Assembly: GCA_002633005.1 (NCBI GenBank)
Contig: NMRA01000007.1
Span: forward strand, 882,362-946,361
Length of the DNA: 64,000 nt
Source of the DNA: Phoronis australis
Lineage: Eukaryota > Animalia > Phoronida
Direction of reading: 5' to 3'
The first letter of the stretch is position 1; the number at the start of each line of letters is the position of its first letter. A program made the position numbers and the translations under genes. Positions 35,301 through 47,544 of the stretch are shown piece after piece. The notes beneath the pieces were generated by a model. That model was given only the letters and a program-made list of their open reading frames with translations. It ran no database searches and was not told where the DNA came from.

Positions 35301-38300
35301 CATTTACTTATCAATAAAAAAGAGAGTGGCGCTTCATCGACATCACTGCTTTCTGAGTGGGCCATTGTTAGCAGTTTGACATGGTATTGATCTACGACAA
35401 AAATAAAAAAAAAAAAATGGTCTTTAGAGTATTTAACTGCAAATACAATGTTATTAGATGACTCCAGGTGAAAAGGACTTATAAGCTTGAGTAGTCTAAT
35501 AGACACCACCTAATGGTCATATCACATGACCTAAAGTGAATCTAAATGATAAGAAGCACTAATTTAGAACTTTATGGCACATTCTGCAAAGGCTACAACA
35601 AGCAAGTAGCACGGTGAGGTGTCAGTGACACCAGCGCTGGTTGAACATAACTAGGTCAAAAGGCCGATTCAGAAGCAGATTTCTCCACTCATCGATTGCA
35701 AACTCACTAGGCAGACAAGGACAACAGCCAAGCTAAAAGCTTACATTCAGTCATTGATTTATAGTCACTGCTTGACTTGGTTGTAACAAACCACAGATAA
35801 CACTAACTGAGTTTGTAATGAAACTGCTCTAGTGAGCAGACGTACCAGCAGACGTATGAGCAGGCGTGTGAGCAGACGTACCTGAAAGACTATGACAGAG
35901 TTTTCCAATATGCTTGGCTACCATTGGCAGAGTATTGTCTTCGTTCTGCATGGCTTGTTGGCAGAACTTGAACACTAAGGGAATTATTGTCGATGTGCAC
36001 GTATCTGGAAATATACAAAAATAAATAATTGTTTGGTTAATTGGACATTCTTCTAGCAGGACCCCATGTTTACGTCTGCTACAGCATTCATTGAATTCCC
36101 ACCCATCATCAACTATAGCAAAAGTAAGTCAAATGGCATTCTCATACCTATATCAAAATATCTCCCATGCACAATTTAGTTCACAAAAATGTGGCTTTTC
36201 CGTTCATTAAGGTAAATGAAAAGTGACGAAAACACCGTCAAACAAACATAATTTGTCACACAAATGTTGACAAAATTAACTGAAGGCTTCGACTGTCTGA
36301 TATCGACTCACCATCGTCTAATAAACTGAGAATATTGACAACAGTCTCTAGGCCAGCTAGACGGACAAAACTCTCTTCATCATTGGTCAGTTCCACCAGC
36401 TCCGGTAATATTGCACTTTTTGTGGCCTCCAGGCTGAAATAAGTCAACAGATGAGAACAAACTGTATAAAAATAAGCAACAAAAACAACAGCTAACAACT
36501 CACTAATTAAAGGTGCAAAAATACGATTTTGGCAACTTTTAAAACTGCACTATTTGATTACTTGCCACAACTCCAAAAGTGGTAACAATCTCTTATCACA
36601 AAGTTCCAAGTCATTTTTGGACTTCATGCAAACTGGCAATGGACATTTGTTTCAGAGTGAACTCAACATCTTACAGCGTTTATGCATCAAAAGAAGCCCA
36701 ATTTTTCACATGCTGGTTCCTTGTCACAACACTGCGGCAGCAAATTGTTTCTTATTTCCAAAATTCACGATGGATACAAAAGACAAGCAACTCTTTACTT
36801 ATTAACAAAAGGGACACATTTCATTGACTTCACAAAATAGAGCATATTATAATTCAGCACATCTGTACACACGAGGTAACATTAAGTTTCGGCAGTTTGG
36901 TCAGCGCAACATAAATACCGACAGCGACCTGTAAATTTAATGACCATCATAGCATTACGTGATCCCGACCACTAGCTAATATTTCATTATGTTTACTTTA
37001 ATACGCGTTTCAGTTAACAAGGCCCTAAGCTTAGTGGTCAATCACTACAGCTCAGTCAACACTCTGCTGCACACTGACCCCAGTCCCCTTGCCACAGGGT
37101 CCAGCTGACGACACATACACCCCCTCACTTCGTACTCGATGTCCTGACACAATGACTGCACTACTGGAAGAATCTCCTTTTTTATACTGCAATGGACAAA
37201 TGCGTAACATAAAGTGCAAGGATCAACCAAACAACTTCCTACAATGCAGGATATTTAAACCGGTGACTTGATACGACTTTTCGCATACCAGCATGACGTT
37301 ACAAAATTAAGCTGTTACCATGACAACTTGCACCTTAATTAATGGCAGTGATTTAATGACATTACAGGAAAACGCTAAGTGTTCAAAGACATATGTATTG
37401 CTTGAGAAAAAGTTTCAAATCTAGAGATGATTGGTACCGTAACAGCTTGTACCGTCGTATCAAAGATTTAATTATATTACAATAAAAATGCATTTAATCA
37501 AGTTTGCACTCACACAAACGGTTCAAATCTTGTGGCTATTTTCCCCAGTATTTTGCAACAGGCCATCCTTGACTGCACTGTTTGAGATAACTGACCTTTG
37601 CCCACTGCCATTGGTAATATCTGAAAAGAGAATATTCTTGAAAATTCAAAAACAAATCAAAAATGATTTCAAATGACTGAAATTACAGTAGATTCCTCGA
37701 TAACATTTTAAGATTCGGGCATAAAAAGACTAAGAGGGATCTAGGTGTTATGGATTTGTGATAAATAATTCACGAGTCTCTCATAATGAATACAGTTTAG
37801 ACACGGGTATTATCATAAAATGTTATCAGTGCTATATCGCCTGGGGACTGTTTATATTAATTTGTTACTAAGACTCCAGGATATAGAGAAACTAGTGTGC
37901 ATAAATTAGACATCAATAAAGAGATGAGCAATTGCAAGTCGTGTTCGTCAAATTTCTTCGACTTTTATAAGGAAAATTTGATATCGGAATGCATGAACTT
38001 AATATACTTCTAGGGCATATTTTAAAACGGAAAAATACAAGTGGCAAAATTGAAAATCAAGACCTAACCTATACAGTTGCTTAGAAATGACCCCTACAGG
38101 CACCAAAATTTCCTCCAGTTTTCTAACAGATTAAACAAGCCAACGATACAGCTGCTTTTGCAGCCAATCATTGAAACATGATCCCAGCAGTTAGTACACA
38201 ATTCTACAGCCAGTAATTTGCCAACATCTGAAAAGGGCATTAGCGGGATAGATACAGGCACACGTGTGTTTTTTGCTCCAAGCCACAGCAGTCAAAGGCT

Positions 38301-41300
38301 AATGACTATTAATGTTGGAATTAACAAGCTGTGAATTAGTACCCGAGAACCCCTCTCCCCCCATTAACATGTGAATGAACTGTGATTGCAGAGGCTGGCC
38401 ACAAGACATAATATTGATTAGTGAAATTCATGTCGTCAACGTGAATTACATCAAAGGACTAACAAAGTTATCGGAGAGTGCTTGGTTCTACACAGCTCCT
38501 GTTAAGCAAGTTAGTATAGATTCTGAAGCATTGCAGCAAATATATTTTATAACCAACAAAGAAAATACATTCTTGTTTCTAGGAAAAAATAATTTGAATT
38601 TTATATCTTGATGTCATGAAAATTCATAGTTCGCACAGTTACATCCAGAACAGGGTATTTGAATGTATCACAATTTTTCTCAATAATGGGACCAATTGTC
38701 AGCCCAGAGAATGTCAACTGATCATTTACACACTGATCCAGTGTTGCAAGCTGCCATGAATTCTCAGGCGTTCATGGCGACCTAATCCTTCAAGACTACC
38801 CATAGTGTAAATATCACATACACACACACACACACACACACACGCACATAAATATCACATACACACACACACACGCACAAATAAACAGTCCTGGAGCTCC
38901 AGTAACATTCATGCTTTTCTGGTCAGAATCGAAATAAATATGACAACATGAAAATAAACCAAATGAAGATGGTATTCTCACTTAGGTTATGACTAAGTCC
39001 ATTCATAATCCATGACATTAGCTTATACAGTGTTCCTCAGAGGTTGCGTTTTACATCACGACACAAATCAAAGCTAAAGAAGTGTGTCGCCTTGGATGCT
39101 GTTTGATAACATGCTTTATGCAATAATGTAACGATTAATAAATTACCCACCCAAAAAACTGAAATGGACCCAAAAATTTTAATGCAGGACCACGGGACCT
39201 CAATATTCGGAAGTGTAGAGCGAACACTGTATATAAGGTCCGCAACATCGTCAAACAAAGTTTACAAACTCAAACTGTTACAATGAGAAAGAAAATAAAG
39301 ATGAGCTATTCATTCCAGAACATTTTCTCAACTTTCCCAAAAATCTAATGCTGGTGACTCACTGCATGAACGCTGATACTTGCTGGCTTTGAAATGACAA
39401 AAACTTTGTCATATTTAATGCAAAGAAACAGAAACCAAGGCAATGACACTGAAGAAGTGCATCTGAACACGGCGTTTTATCCAGCAACGCATTTCCATTT
39501 TGAAAAGAGGATGTAGTCTTCAAAAAAGTTACATCATTAAAATTCGTCTGGCTAGTTATAAGGAAAACACAGAACAGATGTAAGGAAACATTAAACCACT
39601 TGAAAAATGCCCTATATGCTTGCTTCAAAATTTCACTGATTTTTGAAGAGAAGAAATCTAGTAAACTTAAATTGAAAATTCTTGTATGTCGCTTGGCATT
39701 CCAAACCAAGCAGTCTATAACAAACAAGCCAACCAGCATTATAATAAAACCAATGCTACACTAGTAAAACCTGCTTGTTTCCTGCTGCACTAGAGGTTGC
39801 AAGCCACTTGCAGAGAACATTGCGGTCAATACTGTATGCACCTCATGAATACATTTGTGTCAATTTGCGAGGTGAGTCGTTTCAGAAATGTGGAAAACAA
39901 TCCTATTAGAATCAACGTGAGCAGCACAACAGCCCTCCATACCCAACAGAATGGCAAGCGATTGTGGAAAATCAGAATTGGGACACCTATACAAGGGTGA
40001 CTTTACCGCAAAATAAAAGAGCATAATTTCATTTTATAACCAGTGTATGCACTTATACAGGTTATCCATTTTTTAATTGCCAGCCAATTTCTCTAACCAT
40101 TCCTTAATTCATGTAGTTATATTTCATCCCTTGAAACCACAAATTGACACCAATTTTTTTTCTTGCACCAAAACCAAATATAAGATGAGCTTAGGTGTGA
40201 TGACTGTAGACATTCTAAAGATATCACTGACTGCTGGGGCGTGATGGGTCAAGTGAAAACCTTGATCACCATCTTCCTTAAATAAGAATCTATGGGCAAC
40301 TTATTACACAGTCTAAACCAACATTAGAAAACTTACCTCCTTCTTCAGGATATCTTTTGGAAGTAGGTCAATGACGTCCAACAGCGTCTCTAGCCAGACA
40401 CCAGCAACCTCTGGAAAAAAATTTTCAGATTCATTTCCATGGCAACAATATTACACTCAAGCAACTAGATATTTAACTCAGCTTTGAACATGCAGTGAAA
40501 AGTGAAATAAAAAACACATTTAAGAAGACATACCGCTATATGGAGAGTGATAAGAACAATAGAGGTAACAGCGTGGAATTCATTGTTGTCGCCACCAACG
40601 GGGTTGCTTACCTGGGTCCTTGCTGTCGACACTGTTGAGTATGGTCTGTAGGAATGTTTGTGTGTAGCTCTGTAGAGGCACTAGTTCCTTCTGTAGGATC
40701 TGTAGGAAGGCACTGCTGGCGGCCAGCTGCATCTCCGCTTGGGCCACATGCAGCACCTCCTAGTGGACGCAAAAGAAATCAACTGAGACAAGACTGATCA
40801 TAAACTACATACTAGGCAATTTTGGCTGATCATCATTTATCATAATTGTTTTACTACACAAACTCACATCAACCATTTCTTTGAATTCACACATGAATAG
40901 TATGATTATAATAAGAGTTGGACATATTACGAAGTTACAAAATCGTATTTCAGAATTCAGAGTCAATAATTTTCCAAATTGACCACTCACTCCTTCATAC
41001 TGACTGTTGCTATGATAACGCAATTGAATTCGCTTTAAACTTTTCTGTGAACTGATCATGATTCGATCCTCGGACCATCTTGTTGAGAAGCTACTACTTT
41101 CCCATTACACTCTCATTTATTTATAAATAACCCTAAAATATAAACCACCAGGTGAACGCAAACCTGCATCAAGGCATCACAGTTCCCACCAAGATGCTAT
41201 TGAGCAAAAGGATTTTTAAAGGCGTTCAATAACTTTCAATTTGGATGTTTAGTGATGACGTGTCTGCCACTTGTAACGCGACTCTGAACCACAAAATGAA

Positions 41301-44300
41301 ATAGAAATGCAGTCATATTGCATTTTCAAACAATTTACAGGTCTTGGATTTCTTTCCGATACAAGCTACCTCGGGGGAGGGGGGCAATTCAGCACTTTAC
41401 TAAAGTATATATTTGGACTAACAGGTGTATTCTGACAACAACTGCACCCATTGTATGCTACCAGAGAGATGAGGATTAGGATTAACCAGGTCCTTGTCCA
41501 GGTAATAATTGTTGAAGTGCTTAGTAATTTACGGCACTACATAAATGTAGCCTAATTATTATTATCGTGTTTTCATTTTGGAATTTTAATTTAACTTCAC
41601 TGGGTCAAAACGTCAAAATGACACCATACTAAACAAGTGAAGACATGTCATTTGCACAGGCTTTAGGGCGTGTGCGCTAACACTCAGCTTGCAATAGCCT
41701 TGGCATAACCAAATGTTTCATCACTGTATTGAATTTTTGAATTAAAATTATCGTTGTTTAGCCAAAAAACATGACATCTTTCCCAAAATATGATCCACTG
41801 TTCCTCTGTCCATTCTGAGCATTTTCTGGAATTTTTTTCAAAATCTCTACACAACGTTTTGGGTAAAACAAAATACTGGTAGCTGACTGACCGAACAAGT
41901 GACCAACATCCGATCACAAACCTCAAACATGGCCTATTTCCATCTATTACTTAGCGGATGTAATCACATAATAAAGCAATTGTCTTTGACACAAGGTCAA
42001 TATGTTGGTTTACAGAACTAAAAATGTAATAATAACCTTGGCTCCGTCTCCATTATAATAAAATTTTTGAGGTCTGAAAACCAACATATTGACCTCAGTG
42101 GAGGTTAATAACTCTATAATTTTAATGGCTGATATAATTTATCATACAAGTTTTATGATCAATCCCGGTAATGTATGCGATTTCACAACACTGAGAAATG
42201 ATGAATGATAAAAAGAGGTTTTCTGTGAATGATGCTAAGAAGATTAATGATCCGATTGGCATCAAATTAATGTTCATTTTTATCAGCATGATATGAATCA
42301 TCAACAAAACAGAGGTGCAATGGACATCAACAAACCACTGTGGTGTTGCTTTGAATAACCAAAACTATGATTTCTTAGAAATAAAGTCTCAAACTTAATT
42401 ACAACTCAAGTACCAAGTCTATGACATTATCTCTCAGGAAAGTACAAATAACCTTACTAGTAACAGCATTATCACTCCTAACACAACCCCCAGCTGTTTA
42501 TTCCAACACATGAAAATCACCCTGGCATGAAACTAGAGTGCACTATGGAAAACAGGTGAAGGAAAGTGTTTGAAGCCCAGTCCTCCTGCAGAATGATTTT
42601 GCAATCAACACCACAAAAATGCTACACATGACTTGAACATACAGCAGACCAGGTTGAATCCATGACAATGTACAGATCCACCACAAAAGCAATCCAGGGT
42701 TATAATACAACCTGGTGATAGCCAATGAAACTGGACCCAACATGTGATATCCTTAATGTGTTTTGTGCACCAAATTAAAGGGATCATTCGTCAATATCTA
42801 ATTACAGTCAAGTAGTGCACATGGGTCAACCAATTTTCTTATTAGGGACAACTGAACTTTTCACAAGGCCAACCCGTGATACACCAACAAAATCAACAAA
42901 AAATTTATCCTCCAATACCTATCCTATGGAAGTTACACATCACTGGCAATGAGCCAGTTGAGAGTGAGATATATAGGAACATCAAAGAGATTGGACAACT
43001 CTACTATTTATTAACAGTAGTGGCAACTCAGCAGGCATGGTCAATATCTCTTGCACAGGCCAAACATTCCTCAGACACAGACCCTAGACAGTTCACATAC
43101 TTTACAGAAACTTTGCCAACATAACTGAGAAAGCGGGACACCTGGATCTAGGATGCCGTGAGGGCGTGAAGGGAAGCAATGTCCCCCCCCCGAAACTCCC
43201 ACAACCAGCATGTTGGAAAATTGTGTTTTTGCTTTTTTAGTCATGAAATGTAACAGCAAATAAGGGTATGTAGTGCGGACAAGCACAGGCACATGCGGCT
43301 AAGTGTTAACCCAATTCCCCAATGGTGTGAAAATGAAAATATCGTCACGTAGGTCAAAAAGTGGGACACAGCTTTAAAAACAGAGACTATCATGCTTATG
43401 GCTGGACAGTTCACAATTATGCCTTCGTGACAAACAGCATAATATGATCAATATCTAACCAAACTCCCTAATGAGACCAACGTCAACCAAAAATCAACTA
43501 TGGACACAAGCAATTCTCAGAAAACTGAAAAAACGCTCATAAAAAACTAGAAAGCACGTCATTCAAACAGTATGTGTTGAGAAAAGCTGCGTGGCTCCCC
43601 TGGTGAGATACCTGGGAGTTTCAAACTTGACATGTATGTTTAGTAAACAGTTGGTGCTAAAGGGAAAACAATTTGGATAGTGTATGTTTTGAATGACTAG
43701 TTCAGCTGAGTCAGTGTTAACATGAGAACCCTGTTAGAAAAGTTTTAGTACACACTACCCTGCAGCGGGCTGAATCAGAAAGAAAATGTTTGATTGAGTG
43801 TCTGGAGTAGAAGGCGGAGATCATTAACAGCCAACCTTATGTATCATGAAGATGACATGAACAGAATGCGAAAAATTAGAGCCTGACAAGCGTCGTTTTG
43901 TGGCATATACCAATTCAACATCTGGGCCCGGAATCTAATCTTTGTACTCAAAACGAACTCGAAATTACTTTTGGCAATTTCTTTGCTACTTTTGTGCGAA
44001 CTCAACATAAGTGGTTATTAGACTGTGCTCGAATTCATTACAGTTTACACATACCAGTTTCCAGTCCAAGTTTGCACTTGATGACCCTTATACTCGTGCT
44101 ACTCGAAATTTCAAGTTCAAACTCGAACTTTTAGCCTTAATGTTGGGTTTACCACCTGCAAACTAGGACTAAAAAAATTATCTACATAAGTCATTATGGA
44201 CTCGAGTATAGAATAATAGACACTTATCTTGAGTTCCCACAAAAGTAGAGTAGAAAATGCCAAACATAAATTCGAGTTCCATTATGAGTAAAAAGATTAG

Positions 44301-47300
44301 ACCCTGGGCCCAGATCCAAAACCGGCATGACAGCAGTTTTTACACTATGGTACAAATTTCCGTACCAGCGGTTCTAGTTGTTGCTGGCTAACTGAAGCGT
44401 ATGATTAGTTTTCATTTCGGTGGCATTTGAAAGATCCACAGTTTAATCATTAAAGAGATAATGAGTCCCAAGTGCACAGCTACATCATTAAGCCTTTAGC
44501 CAACAATATTCCAGCTTGCTATGCCATTAACTGGCAACAAATTTCACCAACAAAATACTATAAATTATGCAGCAGATTTAATTAGCGGGATGAAATTTCC
44601 AATCCAGCACAAAGGAATAATGAGTGGGAGCTATCAAATTTTAACAAATGACGGCAATACATATTAATTATGAACTAAGTGCAATGAAAGACTCGGCTTC
44701 CTTAATCTAAAATTCAGACGAGACTTGTCCATCCAACAGATAATAGAGGACTTTTCACATTGACGCTTTCTAGAGTAATGTGAGTGCGAAAGTGACTTCC
44801 ACTTTATCCCAACTCGTTGGACAGAAATTCAATTCCTGCATACTGGTTCATTAGTTCATATACAGGCAAATAAATTCCACTGTCAGCCCGTCCCATTGTT
44901 TGACCAGTTTAAGTTCATTAAATTTATTTAGATTTCTGACATCGGCTGAAACCAAAATTCTTCCGCTTTGTCATCCGCAGCCACTGGCTTTGGCGCGGAT
45001 TCTCTCTGCAGCGGGAAATGTATGGAACATGATGTCCTTCATTCATGGATATTTAAAGAGGTTTGCCTTTTTCTGTGAGCCATTAGTACACCCCACTACA
45101 CTGTCACCACGCGAGATGTCATGGCACAAGTTGATCCAGTTGGTCACACTAACACGATATTTGATTGCAAACTTGATCTGCATGAGTCATTTAAACGAAG
45201 ACTGTCAGTGCATGCTCCCGTAAATAATTCGAAAGTGAACGTCCAAACCACATGGAATGGCTGTGGAACATCCATGTACACACGATGACTTTGACTACCA
45301 TGTATACTGGACGTTTGGATGGCTTTGGGCAGTGCAGGCACGTTATATCCCACTATCTTGGCTTTGTAAACCATTTGTATGTATACACTGGTAACAGTCA
45401 GTAAATAATGGCTCTCAATGCCAGTGCATATACTGGTACTTACCATAAACTGGTAATAATAAATGCCAACTCCATGATATACCGTAACAATAAATGTTGG
45501 CTATGAATCTGAATGCTAATGCATACGCCGAAAACAAATGACATGGTATGGCAAAACTGAGACAAAAAATCTTTTTCTCCCAAATTCAGATCTAGGTCAG
45601 TCATTGCAATAACTGTCATTCGAAATACATGCGCCATATTGAAATTCACTATTCTGCCAGACAGCGATCACCTCTTTGGTGGACAGGCGTTCAGCACCCC
45701 GTTGAGATCCTGAGTAATGTGGACGGGAGGTTTTAATCTAGTGGTATAAACAGTGTTTTAACACCTTTCCTACAATCATAATGCCTGCTAATTTTTACTC
45801 ATGTGCGCAGGGGTATACTAATGGCTTACGGAAAAAGGCAAAGCTCTTGAAATATCCATGGATGAAGGACATCAAATCCCATTCACTTCTCACTGTTAAG
45901 AAGAACCCTTGACTGCGACTGATAAAGCAGGGGAATTTCGATCCTAGCCAATGTTAAAAGGCTAAAAATATTAGTGAACTTAACCTAGTCAAAAATGGAA
46001 GGGTTGACAATGCGGTTTATTCCTCTGTTTTTAAATTAATGAATAATTATGTTGTAATGAATTTCTGTCCACCAAATCGGGGTCGGGGTCAAGCGGAAGT
46101 CGCTTTCTCGCTCTTGTTACTTTAGATAGTGCCAATATGAAAAGTCCACTATTATTATTTGTTATATTTATTTTTTAACTACTTGCAAAAAACTATTTTG
46201 ATACGAAGAATGGCATAAAATCAGCCAACCTACAAATTTTACACTAGATAACTTTGACTATTCCGCGACATTTCAGAGGATAACTTATAATTCCCGGAAA
46301 CTTAGGGTCTATTTCTTAACTGTTCTTGAACCTAAGAAGTATCAGCAACTTCCGTTAACCAGAACTAAAAAGGATTAGTATCCACCTTGTGATGGCCGGG
46401 GTGAAACAGAACTGATGGAGATCAACTAAAATTAAAAGCTGCTCAGATGATTCAGTCCTGCTGAAGTGAGCCTTGTAAGATCAGAACATACACATAGACT
46501 TAATGCCTTTTTAATGGCTTCTTAAATCACACTACTGCTAATGACATGGAAAACAAGAAAGTAGGGAGTAATCTTTAGCCTGTTTGCCAGTTAGCCACAG
46601 GCACAATCGAACCTGAAAGTTGCACAGAATAGAAACCCTCTAAGAAAAATTATTGCGATACAACATTCAGTCAGTTTTGCCAGTTAGCCACAGGCACAAT
46701 CGAACCTGAAAGTTGCACAGAATAGAAACCCTCTAAGAAAAACTATTGTGATACAACATTCAGTCAGTTCTGTGCCTGATTAATTAATCAATGTCGGTTT
46801 TCATAGATTTAGTCAACTTACTGTTGTAATGTTTCACAAGCGTGAATTTACAGGAAATGGAACTAAAGGGCGCATAAACTAAGGTTTTCGAGTAATAGTC
46901 GGATGTAACACGCCCGCATTTTAAGAACCAGTTTTCTCCACTGAATGAAGGGCATCAAACTGGTTCTCAAAATGTGGGCACGTTATATCCGACTATTGTC
47001 ATTTTCAACTGGCCATTTCAGAGTTCTCATAAGTCGTGGGTCATTGCCAGAGATTTGGGGATTTTAATGGAATTTAGGGTACAAAATGGATGATTTCCAT
47101 TTCACTCCAAATGAAGAAAACTACACCTTCGTATGTAAACCCATTGTTTTTCCATGTTTTCATTGCTTTGAATGTGACTTGCAATTCAAACACCAGCTCA
47201 ACAACCATACGCTAATATTACATTACGAGACGGTCACTGATTGACTCCAGCACTGTCCAGAATGTTCCCGTATCGATTCACAGGCAAGAAACTGGTTAAC

Positions 47301-47544
47301 GAGGGATAGTGTAAAATGGAGAATATGGCCAAAGTAGACAATTGTAGGTGATTTTGTTGAAAAATAAAATGCATCAAAAATGGCCTCAACGTAGGGAAAT
47401 CATCAGAATTTGTTAGAAACCAGCTATGGTGAATGACTTACCCTGACTTTAGGCACCACTCTCTGCATGCACTCAGCATTGTTCTCCTTGAGCAATGTAG
47501 GCAGGTTGGTTATAACACTGATTCTCTGTACTTCCTGGCCAGAA
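23148..47544 (-). CDS. PPP4R4: Serine/threonine-protein phosphatase 4 regulatory subunit 4 (HEAT-repeat), 18 core exons, 5'-incomplete
   Basis: The spliced translation closely follows vertebrate PPP4R4 as I recall it (SGQEVQRISVITNLP, WLETLLDVIDLLPK, EILPVVQSLCQDIEYEVRGCMCRQL, LPELVELTNDE, DTVPNIRLRLCAVLPSLKSLLKLPSDRHLLQQL). All junctions are GT-AG and phase-consistent. The canonical N-terminal exons were not found in the window. Confidence 0.95.
24623..24737 (-). CDS. PPP4R4: PPP4R4 exon (GVQKNKAVSGPRNLKAPGSPLLSNRMSPVGSAGSSGSS)
   Basis: ttgtag acceptor, CG|GTATGT donor, phase 1/2. Confidence 0.8.
25158..25313 (-). CDS. PPP4R4: PPP4R4 exon (GTKIPAATSTTSSS...NNSSK)
   Basis: Splice sites and phase; low-complexity tail. 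Confidence 0.8.
25718..25823 (-). CDS. PPP4R4: PPP4R4 exon (EERDKKEEDGKPPKGEKKKDP...IPRK)
   Basis: Splice sites and phase; charged tail. Confidence 0.85.
26964..27041 (-). CDS. PPP4R4: PPP4R4 exon (LHRKTYIEDDAFDQQKEDEEKLLLEL)
   Basis: Resembles the DQEKEREELLLLE region; splice sites present. Confidence 0.9.
29095..29118 (-). CDS. Candidate 24-nt PPP4R4 microexon (KYLNYLGR)
   Basis: ttattttttattcag|AAATATCTGAATTATTTGGGTCGT|gtaagt; phase 0, in frame. Confidence 0.55.
29530..29864 (-). CDS. PPP4R4: PPP4R4 exon (EFCHAKSCRNRSLFIDMC...KTQVEMES)
   Basis: Homology and splice sites. Confidence 0.95.
30263..30368 (-). CDS. PPP4R4: PPP4R4 exon (RAMPVRLAAIRTTLILLRNIRKLDQRQEMICRLIE)
   Basis: Homology and splice sites. 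Confidence 0.92.
31692..33113. repeat. ~712-bp near-identical direct duplication joined by a single N (probable assembly overlap)
   Basis: 31692-32403 vs 32405-33113, differing by scattered SNPs and small indels. Confidence 0.85.
31696..31878 (-). CDS. PPP4R4: PPP4R4 exon (LNSMSDIISALMACE...FSKLHNS); second copy at 32409-32591
   Basis: Homology and splice sites; the duplicate copy adjoins the N at 32404. Confidence 0.9.
33110..33271 (-). CDS. PPP4R4: PPP4R4 exon (VVKLLGSHVSVIQSDLVTLLKDD...TEAK)
   Basis: Homology and splice sites. Confidence 0.92.
33987..34106 (-). CDS. PPP4R4: PPP4R4 exon (AMVLFTGARQFKAELLSSFTSLCEDPHVSVRKTVASGFHE)
   Basis: Homology and splice sites. Confidence 0.93.
34211..34492. 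repeat. ~280-bp imperfect palindrome (MITE-like) in a PPP4R4 intron
   Basis: The two halves are reverse-complementary almost to the centre (~34347). Confidence 0.75.
35047..35234 (-). CDS. PPP4R4: PPP4R4 exon (VNLTDDQKEYFLDQFRKLC...CRRNAAFNIP)
   Basis: Homology and splice sites. Confidence 0.9.
35308..35391 (-). CDS. Candidate 84-nt PPP4R4 cassette exon (DQYHVKLLTMAHSESSDVDEAPLSFLLI)
   Basis: Poly-T acceptor, phase 1/1, open frame, A|GTAAAT donor. Confidence 0.4.
35882..36004 (-). CDS. PPP4R4: PPP4R4 exon (DTCTSTIIPLVFKFCQQAMQNEDNTLPMVAKHIGKLCHSLS)
   Basis: Homology and splice sites. Confidence 0.92.
36312..36433 (-). CDS. PPP4R4: PPP4R4 exon (LEATKSAILPELVELTNDEESFVRLAGLETVVNILSLLDD)
   Basis: Homology and splice sites. 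Confidence 0.93.
37079..37186 (-). CDS. PPP4R4: PPP4R4 exon (IKKEILPVVQSLCQDIEYEVRGCMCRQLDPVARGL)
   Basis: Homology and splice sites. Confidence 0.93.
37514..37620 (-). CDS. PPP4R4: PPP4R4 exon (ILPMAVGKGQLSQTVQSRMACCKILGKIATRFEPF)
   Basis: Homology and splice sites. Confidence 0.92.
38808..38880. repeat. (CA)n microsatellite, locally duplicated
   Basis: TAAATATCACATA(CA)nCGCACA twice. Confidence 0.9.
40337..40410 (-). CDS. PPP4R4: PPP4R4 exon (EVAGVWLETLLDVIDLLPKDILKKE)
   Basis: Homology and splice sites. Confidence 0.92.
40612..40759 (-). CDS. PPP4R4: PPP4R4 exon (EVLHVAQAEMQLAASSAFLQILQKE...SKDP)
   Basis: Homology and splice sites. Confidence 0.92.
43925..44310. mobile_element. MITE, PIF/Harbinger-like (family A, copy 2)
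   Basis: Homologous along its full length to 1116-1499; CTG/CAG flanks. Confidence 0.85.
44745..46150. mobile_element. Foldback DNA-transposon relic with ~360-bp inverted arms carrying decayed THAP coding sequence
   Basis: Arms 44745-~45105 and ~45800-46150 are reverse-complementary; AT flanks; translations VVGCTNGSQKKANLFKYP*MKDIMFHTFP..QWLRM and CAQGYTNGLRKKAKLLKYPWMKDIKSH. Confidence 0.7.
46583..46769. repeat. 93-bp tandem duplication
   Basis: TTTGCCAGTTAGCCACAGG...CAGTCAGTT twice. Confidence 0.9.
46894..46997. mobile_element. ~104-bp hairpin MITE (family C); other copies at ~19315-19418 and ~62602-62669
   Basis: AATAGTCGGATGTAAC..GAACCAGTTT / AAACTGGTTC..GTTATATCCGACTATT arms; shared loop TCCACTGAAT in three places. 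Confidence 0.75.
47442..47544 (-). CDS. PPP4R4: PPP4R4 exon (SGQEVQRISVITNLPTLLKENNAECMQRVVPKVR)
   Basis: tttgcag acceptor, phase 2; AGG|GTAAGT donor. Confidence 0.92.
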
